A DNA stretch of 34,482 bases from Gemmatimonadales bacterium (GTDB taxonomy: Bacteria; Gemmatimonadota; Gemmatimonadetes; Gemmatimonadales; GWC2-71-9): positions 1 through 34,482 of the forward strand of contig DASPKB010000218.1 of assembly GCA_035628315.1 (NCBI GenBank), given 5' to 3'. Shown here in pieces: positions 17,674-24,342 of the stretch. A model generated the notes under the pieces. The model was not told the origin of the DNA and made no database searches. It saw nothing but the letters and a program-made list of their open reading frames with translations. Both the position numbers and the translations under genes were made by a program. How positions within the stretch are numbered: position 1 is the first letter of the stretch; the number at the start of each line of letters is the position of its first letter.

Positions 17674-19238
17674 TAACCCTGTCGCGGCATGAGCAGGGCT
17701 ATCGGCAGCAGGACCTCCTCGGGCGAAACGCCTCCATGAAGGAAGGCGCCCCTGTAGCGGGCCTGATATTCCCGCAGTTTTGTGGGATACACGAAAAACC
17801 GGTCGCCCGTGGCCAGCAGAAGGCGGGTCCCCGGTGTGCGAGCCGGCAGCCCGAAGCTCGGCAGGTCGTCCACGATCACAGCCGACTCCGGATCCTGGGC
17901 CCGCAAGTCGTCCCCGAACTTGTAGCGAAGGTTAGAGGTGGTGTCCCGTTTGGCGAACACGGTTGCGGGTGTGTGACAGTGGATGGATCCGTGATCCGTT
18001 GTCAGGAGCACGGGAACTCCCCTGCGCTCGGCCTCGCGCAGCGCATCCCACAGTGGGGATCGCTCGAACCAGGTCCGGGTGAGATTACGAAGCGCCGGCG
18101 TGTCGCGGGCGACCTCGAACAGCGTGGAGTTCTCGGTGCGGCCATGGGTCAGCTGGTCGATGAAGTTGAACACCAGCGCAGTCACGCCGTCCTGCGCCAG
18201 ATGCGCGGGAAGGCGCTTGAGCAGCCCTTCACCGTCTGCCGCGGTGAACACCTTCTCATAGTGAATCGGAACGCTCCTGCCGGTGAGCTCCCGCAAGTGC
18301 TCGCTCAGCAACTCCGCCTCGTGAGCATTGAGGCTGGCATCCTCGTGGTCGTTCCACCAGCGCGGGTAGCGCGCCTTGATCTCCGCCGGGAAGAGTCCGC
18401 TGAATATGGCGTTCCGCGCGAACGGCGTTGCGGTGGGTAGGATTGAGAAGTAGTGCGCAGTCTCGATGTCGAATCGCGCACTGATCAGGGGCCGGATCAT
18501 CGCCCATTGATCCAGACGGAGGCAGTCCACCACAACCAGCATGGCCTTCCCATGCATGTCCAGCACCGGCCGCAGGAACTCCGCACCGATGTCCACTGAA
18601 AGTGGTGGTCGGTCGCTGCCACCCTCATGCAACCACTTGGCGTAATTGCGCTGCAGGTAACGGGCAAAATCCTGCCGTAGGCTGTCCTGCAGCGTCCGCA
18701 GCGCGTCCTGCAGCCCGGGCTCATCGGCTTGGCCGAGGCGAACCTCCCACTCCGCCAGCTCCACCACCAGTTCCACCCACTCGCGCCACGCCAGCGGCCC
18801 ACCCCGTCGCGCCTCGAGCTCGCGAAACCGGGTCGCGAAGTCCCGGGAGAGCCGCTGTTGCCGAATCCGGTCTCCCTCGAGCAGCCGAGTCACCACCGAG
18901 AGGATCTGGCGCGGGTTCACCGGCTTGATGAGATAGTCCGAAATTTCGGCGCCGATGGCATCCTTCAGGGTATCGGGTTCCTCGCTCTTGGTTACCATGA
19001 CCACCGGCATACCATGGTCGATGGCCCGAATAGCCTGGAAGAGATCGAGGCCGCGCCGCCCCGGCATCTGCTCGTCAAGCAACACGACTCCATAGGGCTG
19101 GCGCTGGAGCAGCACCAGCGCATCGTCGCCATGCGTGCTGGTCTCCACCGCAAACCCCTGCTCCTCGAGGAACAGAATGTGAGATGTGAGGCTCTCGACC
19201 TCGTCATCCACCCACAAGATGCTTTTCGGACGGGGCAT
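17673..19238 (-). CDS. PorX-type response regulator: receiver domain + PglZ (alkaline-phosphatase superfamily) output domain
   Basis: REC motifs: ILWVDDE, VVLLDEQMPGRRGLDL, VVMVTKSEE, YLIKP. PglZ motifs: VVDCLRLDQW, ILPTATPFARNAIFSG, LLTTDHGSIH. Start moved to ATG 19238 (MPRPKSILWVDDE). Confidence 0.85.
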   Translation of the reverse strand: MPRPKSILWVDDEVESLTSHILFLEEQGFAVETSTHGDDALVLLQRQPYGVVLLDEQMPGRRGLDLFQAIRAIDHGMPVVMVTKSEEPDTLKDAIGAEISDYLIKPVNPRQILSVVTRLLEGDRIRQQRLSRDFATRFRELEARRGGPLAWREWVELVVELAEWEVRLGQADEPGLQDALRTLQDSLRQDFARYLQRNYAKWLHEGGSDRPPLSVDIGAEFLRPVLDMHGKAMLVVVDCLRLDQWAMIRPLISARFDIETAHYFSILPTATPFARNAIFSGLFPAEIKARYPRWWNDHEDASLNAHEAELLSEHLRELTGRSVPIHYEKVFTAADGEGLLKRLPAHLAQDGVTALVFNFIDQLTHGRTENSTLFEVARDTPALRNLTRTWFERSPLWDALREAERRGVPVLLTTDHGSIHCHTPATVFAKRDTTSNLRYKFGDDLRAQDPESAVIVDDLPSFGLPARTPGTRLLLATGDRFFVYPTKLREYQARYRGAFLHGGVSPEEVLLPIALLMPRQG

Positions 19239-19245
19239 GCCGTCA

Positions 19246-19274
19246 AAGCTACAAGCGTGAGCGGGGAGCGGTAA
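19246..19274 (-). promoter_or_regulatory. Candidate promoter of the REC-PglZ/msbA transcript, leaderless
   Basis: Minus strand: TTACCG (19274-19269), 17 nt, TAGCTT (19251-19246), then 7 nt to ATG 19238. Confidence 0.4.
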
Positions 19275-19320
19275 ACACTGAGCCGAGGGCAACGGGAGCC
19301 TCCAGCTGGAATTCTGGCGC

Positions 19321-19349
19321 TTACCGCACACCGCCGACCGCAGTACTTT
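19321..19349 (+). promoter_or_regulatory. Candidate promoter of the GT9 gene, leaderless
   Basis: TTACCG (19321-19326), 17 nt, TACTTT (19344-19349), then 6 nt to GTG 19356. The -35 hexamer is identical to that of the divergent promoter. Confidence 0.4.
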
Positions 19350-19355
19350 CACGCC

Positions 19356-20375
19356 GTGCTCGACGCTTCAGCGCCTAACGTACTGGCCGTAAGGTTCAGC
19401 TCCATTGGCGATGTACTCCTCACGACTCCGCTGCTGCGGGCCATCCGGCGGCGCCATCCCACCGCTCGGATAACCGTGCTCACCAAGCTGGTGCACGCAC
19501 CCCTGCTCAGTCACAATCCCTATGTGAACGACGTCATCGGATTACCGGCTGATCGGGGGGTATTTGGGCTGGCTGCCGAGCTGCGGCGCAACCGGTTTAC
19601 CCATCTGCTCGATCTCCACGACAGCGTCCGAAGCCGCATGCTGCATCTGCTGGTTCCGGGCCGCTGGCGCAGGTATCCCAAACACCGGCTGGCACGTGCG
19701 GTGCTCATCCATGCCAAGCGGAACTGGTACCGTGATCCGCGCCAGGTCGCGGAGCGCTACTTCGATGCGGCAAGAGATCTGGATGTCACGCCCGACGGTG
19801 GTCCGCCCGACCTTTTTCTATCGGCCGAAGCAGTGCGCGAGACAGCCGACTGGATGGACAGGATCGGCCTGCGGGGAGACCGGCCCCTGTTAGCTCTCGC
19901 ACCGGGAGCGGCGCACGCCACAAAGCGCTGGCCGCTGGAGCACTGGCACGCGCTGGCGAGGCGGCTTATCGCCGACGGCTTTGAGCTGATCGTCGTAGGT
20001 GGTAGTGAGGACATCCGGATTGCTCGGGCAATCGTGGCGAATGCCGGAGACCGCGCAGTCAACGCTGCCGGTCAGTTCGGACTCCAAGGCACGGGAGCCG
20101 TGCTCCAGCGGGTACGGGGGCTGGTCTCGGGCGATACCGGCGTCATGCACCTGGCAACCGCCGTGGGCACTCCGGTAGTGGCGCTGTTCGGCCCTACCGT
20201 CCGTCCGTTCGGATACTTCCCTTACACCCCTCGCGCCGAGGTCGTCGAGCTTCCGCTGGGATGCCGACCCTGTAGCAGCAAGGGGAGCTCCCGCTGCCCC
20301 TTGGGTCATCATCGCTGCCTCGGTGATATGCGCCCCGAGCTGGTGCTGGAAGCCGTGCGCCGGAGTGTGGCGTGA
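19356..20375 (+). CDS. Glycosyltransferase family 9 (LPS heptosyltransferase-like)
   Basis: N-terminal VLAVRFSSIGDVLLTTPLLRAIRRRHP and C-terminal VSGDTGVMHLATAVGTPVVALFGPT are GT9 hallmarks. GTG start. Confidence 0.85.
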   Translation: MLDASAPNVLAVRFSSIGDVLLTTPLLRAIRRRHPTARITVLTKLVHAPLLSHNPYVNDVIGLPADRGVFGLAAELRRNRFTHLLDLHDSVRSRMLHLLVPGRWRRYPKHRLARAVLIHAKRNWYRDPRQVAERYFDAARDLDVTPDGGPPDLFLSAEAVRETADWMDRIGLRGDRPLLALAPGAAHATKRWPLEHWHALARRLIADGFELIVVGGSEDIRIARAIVANAGDRAVNAAGQFGLQGTGAVLQRVRGLVSGDTGVMHLATAVGTPVVALFGPTVRPFGYFPYTPRAEVVELPLGCRPCSSKGSSRCPLGHHRCLGDMRPELVLEAVRRSVA

Positions 20376-20791
20376 GCGATTGGGACCCGTCAGCGAATGC
20401 CCTCCTGTCCTTGCTCGCACAGACCGCGCGTGGACCCAAGCGTGGTGACCTGTTCGCGCTTTGGCTGACTCTCCGGGTCGCTCAGGACCTGGTGTTGGAT
20501 CCTCCCTTGCAGGAACGGACGCATCGCCGCCGGCTGCAAGCGCTCGAACGCAGGCTATCCAGTCTTACGATGCCGCCGCCTCTTCGGCGCGCGCTCGCCT
20601 CAGCCGTCAGCCAGTTGCGCGACATTCGACCGGAAACGGCAGCGCAGGTGCTCAGCCAGTTGGTGGCGCCCGCGCGGGATGCGGGTGGCGCGGAGGCAGG
20701 CGAGGCTCTGGCGACGGCGGCAAGGAAAGTCCGGCAGGCAATTCTTAACGATCGACGGAGCGGGGAAGCGGGGATGCAGGTAAAGAGCTAG
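20372..20791 (+). CDS. Hypothetical protein, 139 aa, predicted all-helical, Arg/Ala/Leu-rich
   Basis: ORF with a GTGA overlap to the GT9 stop and GC3-rich codons. No motif recognised. It lies 28 nt upstream of the DnaB-like gene. Confidence 0.5.
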   Translation: MSDWDPSANALLSLLAQTARGPKRGDLFALWLTLRVAQDLVLDPPLQERTHRRRLQALERRLSSLTMPPPLRRALASAVSQLRDIRPETAAQVLSQLVAPARDAGGAEAGEALATAARKVRQAILNDRRSGEAGMQVKS

Positions 20792-20819
20792 CGACCCGCA
20801 TTTCTGCTTATACTGTGCT

Positions 20820-21695
20820 ATGCCCCGCCGAAGCAGGCGCCCTCAGTCGGGCACCGAGTCGCTGCTGGAAAAGCTGCTGACCCGGCTAGACCAGCAGGAT
20901 TCCGACGCGCTCGCCGCTGACACCGTTCCCACTGGTTTTGGCTCCCTGGATCGGGTGCTGGGAGGCGGGTTTCGCCGCAAAGATCTCGTGGTGTTGTCCG
21001 GCGACGTCGGCAGTGGCAAATCGGCCCTTGCCCTCGCCATTGCCGTACGCGCGGCCGGAGCTCAGATACCCACGCTGTTTTTCTCGGGCGAGATGAGCGC
21101 AGACCGCGTGCTGGAACGAGCACTGGCGCTGGAAGGCCGCGCATCGATCGATGACCTGCGTCAGGGCCGGGTGGACGAGCCGTCCCGGATCGAGATCGGG
21201 GCTGCAGCCGTACGGCTTCGGCATAGCCCGTTGCTGGTGCGGCCACTCCTCGGTGCCACCTTCGCTGAGATCAGCGACGCCTTGGACATGGTTCCGCGGC
21301 GGCAGCTGCTGGTCATCGACTCACTCCAGCTCATCGCACCGCCCCAGCCGACCGCGCGCCTTCAGCAGCGAATCGCCCAGACGGTTCGGGCTCTTAAGGC
21401 GCTGGCCGTAGAGCGGGACATCGCAATTCTGGTGATCGCCCAACTGCCCAATCATCGGGCCCACCGGGCGGACCCCCGTCCCGTGCTGGACGACCTGGGC
21501 GCCTTCGGCACCATAAAGCAGAGCGCCGACGTGGTTCTGATGATCTATCGTGAAGAGATGTACCGCCCGGGACAGGGCGTGGAAGGTGCGACCGAACTGA
21601 TCGTAGCCAAGAACCGGAATGGGCCCACCGGGTTCGTGGATCTCTATTTTTATCCCCGGTGGCTCCGCTTTGTAGACATGCTGGATGCCGACTAG
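20820..21695 (+). CDS. DnaB-like helicase C-terminal (RecA-fold) domain protein lacking the DnaB N-terminal domain
   Basis: VPTGFGSLDRVLGGG, Walker A GDVGSGKS, FFSGEMS (catalytic Glu), Walker B LLVIDSLQLI, VIAQL (sensor Gln) and LIVAKNRNGPTGFVDLYFYPRWLRF (DnaB C-terminal KxR motif). Only ~35 residues precede the linker, versus ~170 in replicative DnaB. Confidence 0.8.
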   Translation: MPRRSRRPQSGTESLLEKLLTRLDQQDSDALAADTVPTGFGSLDRVLGGGFRRKDLVVLSGDVGSGKSALALAIAVRAAGAQIPTLFFSGEMSADRVLERALALEGRASIDDLRQGRVDEPSRIEIGAAAVRLRHSPLLVRPLLGATFAEISDALDMVPRRQLLVIDSLQLIAPPQPTARLQQRIAQTVRALKALAVERDIAILVIAQLPNHRAHRADPRPVLDDLGAFGTIKQSADVVLMIYREEMYRPGQGVEGATELIVAKNRNGPTGFVDLYFYPRWLRFVDMLDAD

Positions 21696-21708
21696 GGCGG
21701 TGAGACCA

Positions 21709-22152
21709 TCAGCCGCGCTGGGATCTCCGAGGCGTTGAGTCCGAAGGCGTGGACCTGGTCGTATCCTGGGCCACCACCGCTCCTGTCAACTGAACCATCG
21801 TTCCTGGCCGATCCTTCGCGCTCCAGATTCGTACCCAGAGCGGCGGCCCGTCATGCTCCGCGTACAGCGCGGTCGCGCCATCCGGGGTCTTGGTATCGCT
21901 CACCAACCGCCAGGTTCCCCGCGTCAACTGCGACCGATAATACTCCGTTACCTGCCCGGTCTCCATCGGAGAGTAGATCGTGAGCTGTAGTGCATCCGCG
22001 CTGCCGCTGCGGGAGACGACCTGCGGATTGGCCGGGAGCGGCAGATGCGAAAAAGCCTTGTTAAACGCCGGCGGTTTGGGCGGTGCCGGCTCCGACTCAC
22101 AGGAGATGAGCGCTGCCGCCGCGAGGCCCAGACAAACTCTAGAAATTGGCAT
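21709..22152 (-). CDS. Hypothetical lipoprotein
   Basis: Signal peptide with lipobox MPISRVCLGLAAAALISC followed by a Pro-rich linker. No other motif recognised. Confidence 0.6.
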   Translation of the reverse strand: MPISRVCLGLAAAALISCESEPAPPKPPAFNKAFSHLPLPANPQVVSRSGSADALQLTIYSPMETGQVTEYYRSQLTRGTWRLVSDTKTPDGATALYAEHDGPPLWVRIWSAKDRPGTMVQLTGAVVAQDTTRSTPSDSTPRRSQRG

Positions 22153-22161
22153 AGAGGGCTG

Positions 22162-22190
22162 AGGTTAGCGCAGTGATCGCGTTGCCGCAA
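22162..22190 (-). promoter_or_regulatory. Candidate promoter of the lipoprotein gene, near-leaderless
   Basis: Minus strand: TTGCGG (22190-22185), 17 nt, TAACCT (22167-22162), then 9 nt to ATG 22152. Confidence 0.35.
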
Positions 22191-22210
22191 GCGGGTGCGG
22201 CGCTTATGTT
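22182..22210 (+). promoter_or_regulatory. Candidate promoter of the yebC-ruv cluster (leadered, with Shine-Dalgarno)
   Basis: TTGCCG (22182-22187), 17 nt, TATGTT (22205-22210). The leader is ~55 nt and ends in AAGGAG (22260-22265), 7 nt before the ATG. Confidence 0.35.
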
Positions 22211-22272
22211 TCCGACTGCCGCACCGGATCATCCGCAACCCTCGACATTCGCGCTCCCCAAGGAGTTCGGCC

Positions 22273-23022
22273 ATGGCCGGCCACAGTAAATGGAAGCAGA
22301 TCAAGCGCAAGAAAGCGATCACTGACGCGAAGCGCGCCTCGTCCTGGACCAAGGTCATCCGGGAAATCACCGTGGCGGCGAGGAGCGGAGGCGGAGATCC
22401 AGGGGGCAATCCGCGTCTGCGTACGGCCATCGACGCCGCCAAGGCGGTCAACATGCCGGGCGAGAACATCGAACGCGCCATAAAGAAGGGAACCGGCGAG
22501 CTTGAGGGCAGCGTCTACGAGGAGCTGACCTACGAGGGTTACGGTCCCGGTGGTGCAGCCATCTTCATTGAAGCAACTACCGATAACCCTAACCGAACCG
22601 TGGCCGAGATCCGTCACGCGTTCAGCCGGAACGGCGGCAATCTAGGAGCCACGAACTCGGTGGCTTGGATGTTCGATCGGAAAGGACAGATTTATCTCGA
22701 CGCTGCACGGCAGGATGAAGACAGCGCCCTCGAAGCGGCTCTGGAAAGCGGCGCCGAGGATTTTGTCCGGGAAGGCGACCAGTACATTGTCACCACCACG
22801 CCTTCTCAGCTGCACGCGGTACAGGATGCGCTCCGGTCCAAGGGACTTGCCATCGATTCCGCTGAGCTTGCGATGGTGCCCCGGAACACGGTGCGGGTGG
22901 AAGGCGCCGACGCTGAGCGGATGGTACGCCTCATGGATGTGCTCGAAGAGCTGGATGACGTATCCAAGGTATTCTCCAACTTCGATATCGACGCGGCGCA
23001 GCTGGCCGAGGCGGAGGCCTGA
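22273..23022 (+). CDS. yebC: YebC/PmpR-family DNA-binding transcriptional regulator
   Basis: MAGHSKWKQIKRKKAITDAKRASSWTKVIREI...GGDPGGNPRLRTAIDAAKAVNMP. AAGGAG lies 7 nt upstream of ATG 22273. The ORF-track start 22195 is rejected. Confidence 0.95.
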   Translation: MAGHSKWKQIKRKKAITDAKRASSWTKVIREITVAARSGGGDPGGNPRLRTAIDAAKAVNMPGENIERAIKKGTGELEGSVYEELTYEGYGPGGAAIFIEATTDNPNRTVAEIRHAFSRNGGNLGATNSVAWMFDRKGQIYLDAARQDEDSALEAALESGAEDFVREGDQYIVTTTPSQLHAVQDALRSKGLAIDSAELAMVPRNTVRVEGADAERMVRLMDVLEELDDVSKVFSNFDIDAAQLAEAEA

Positions 23023-23032
23023 GGCGGGCGCG

Positions 23033-23542
23033 GTGAAAGTGCTCGGCATCGATCCGGGGACGGCAATACTGGGGTATGGCGTGGTGGGTAGTGGGTCGGG
23101 CCGGCATCCCGCACTGCTCGAGTGTGGCATCCTGACCACTCGTGCACGGGATCCACTTCCGGCACGCCTTCGCATGCTCTACGACGGTGTTAGTGCCCTG
23201 CTCGCCCGGCATGCGCCCGAGTCCCTGGCAGTCGAGAGCGCCTTCTATGGACGCAACGTCCGAACTGCGGTTGTACTCAGCCACGCCCGCGGCGTCATCC
23301 TGCTGGCCGCTGAGCTGGCCGGGGTCGCGGTCGCGGAATACTCCCCGGCACTCATCAAGAAGACCATCGTGGGCCGCGGCGCCGCCCTGAAGCCGCAGGT
23401 CGGCTACATGGTGGCGCAGCTCCTCCGGCTCAAGTCGCCGCCGGCGCCGGAGGATGCAGCGGACGGTGTTGCAGTGGCCCTCACGCATATAATGCTGGCT
23501 AGGCGCCGCTCGCTCGTCCAACACGTCGCAGGTGAGGGGTGA
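23033..23542 (+). CDS. ruvC: Holliday junction resolvase RuvC
   Basis: VKVLGIDPGTAILGYGVV, ESAFYGRN, PALIKKTIVGRGAALKPQV, EDAADGVAVAL. GTG 23033 is in frame with ORF 22715..23542, 10 nt after the yebC stop. Confidence 0.9.
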   Translation: MKVLGIDPGTAILGYGVVGSGSGRHPALLECGILTTRARDPLPARLRMLYDGVSALLARHAPESLAVESAFYGRNVRTAVVLSHARGVILLAAELAGVAVAEYSPALIKKTIVGRGAALKPQVGYMVAQLLRLKSPPAPEDAADGVAVALTHIMLARRRSLVQHVAGEG

Positions 23543-24138
23543 TTGCAACCCTGAGCGGTGTCCTGGCGGAGCGGGACGGTGAGTCGCTGGTCGTGCAGAC
23601 CGAGGGAGGAGTGGGTTACGCCGTCAGTGTCACCCTCGGGGTCGCTCAAAGGCTCCCTGCCCGTGGCGCCCGAGTGAGTCTCTTCACGGAGTTGGTGGTG
23701 AAGGAGGACGGATGGTCGCTCTATGGCTTCGATACGGCCATCGAGCGCCAGGTCTTCCGGTACCTGCTGACGGCCAGTGGGTTCGGCCCCAAGCTGGCTT
23801 TGGCGCTGCTCTCGTCCCTCGGCCCGGAGCGGACGGTGCGCAGCATTCAATCGCGAGATTTGTCGGCCCTGAGCTCAGTGAGTGGAATAGGCCGGAAGAA
23901 AGCGGAACGCCTGGTGCTGGAGCTGCAGGACCGCTTCAGCGACGTGGTGGTGGATACCCGGGTGGGACGGCTGGAAGGCTCTGACGAAGCGGTACGGGCA
24001 CTGATCAACCTAGGCTACGCCCAGTCGTCCGCCGATGACGCGGTGCGCGCCGCGCTCGCCGCCGGCACTCCCGCGGAAACGCCGCAACTCATCCGGCGAG
24101 CCTTGCAACAGCTCGCCACCTCCCGCGGAGGCACCTGA
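23539..24138 (+). CDS. ruvA: Holliday junction branch migration complex subunit RuvA
   Basis: MIATLSGVLAE...GGVGYAV, HhH region LLTASGFGPKLALALLS...LSSVSGIGRKKAERLVLEL, and C-terminal domain III ALINLGY. GTGA overlap with ruvC. Confidence 0.95.
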   Translation: MIATLSGVLAERDGESLVVQTEGGVGYAVSVTLGVAQRLPARGARVSLFTELVVKEDGWSLYGFDTAIERQVFRYLLTASGFGPKLALALLSSLGPERTVRSIQSRDLSALSSVSGIGRKKAERLVLELQDRFSDVVVDTRVGRLEGSDEAVRALINLGYAQSSADDAVRAALAAGTPAETPQLIRRALQQLATSRGGT

Positions 24139-24143
24139 CTCCA

Positions 24144-24320
24144 ATGACTGTTCCCGCTACTACGGCCGAATGGATCTGCACCCGCTGCGGTGCCACCAAC
24201 CGCAAGCTCGTCCCGGTTCGCACGACGCAGGTCTCGGATAGCTGCGTCACCTGCCACTCCGCCCACGTGGTCGAGGTAGATCGGCGGCCGGTCAGATGGA
24301 GAGCGCGCGCTGACGAGTGA
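24144..24320 (+). CDS. Candidate small zinc-ribbon protein (58 aa), below the ORF-track length cutoff
   Basis: ATG 24144 to TGA 24318-24320 translates as [58 protein letters not shown]. It has two CxxC pairs 19 residues apart and G/C-rich third positions. GGAGG lies 12 nt upstream. It fills the only sizeable gap in the ruv cluster. Confidence 0.45.
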   Translation: MTVPATTAEWICTRCGATNRKLVPVRTTQVSDSCVTCHSAHVVEVDRRPVRWRARADE

Positions 24321-24342
24321 AGAAGCTTACGTTTCTGGTTCT

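Noticed and set aside
17673-19238. PglZ domain as a sign of a BREX or related phage-defence system
   Set aside because: No PglX methyltransferase, BrxA/B/C, BrxL or PglW is present in the 34 kb. The PglZ domain is fused to a receiver domain, which is the PorX-type regulator architecture rather than the BREX PglZ.
20820-21695. Calling this gene the replicative helicase dnaB
   Set aside because: The whole N-terminal domain is missing and the RESG loop is degenerate. It is therefore annotated only as a DnaB-like C-terminal-domain ATPase, pending a genome-wide search for a full-length dnaB.
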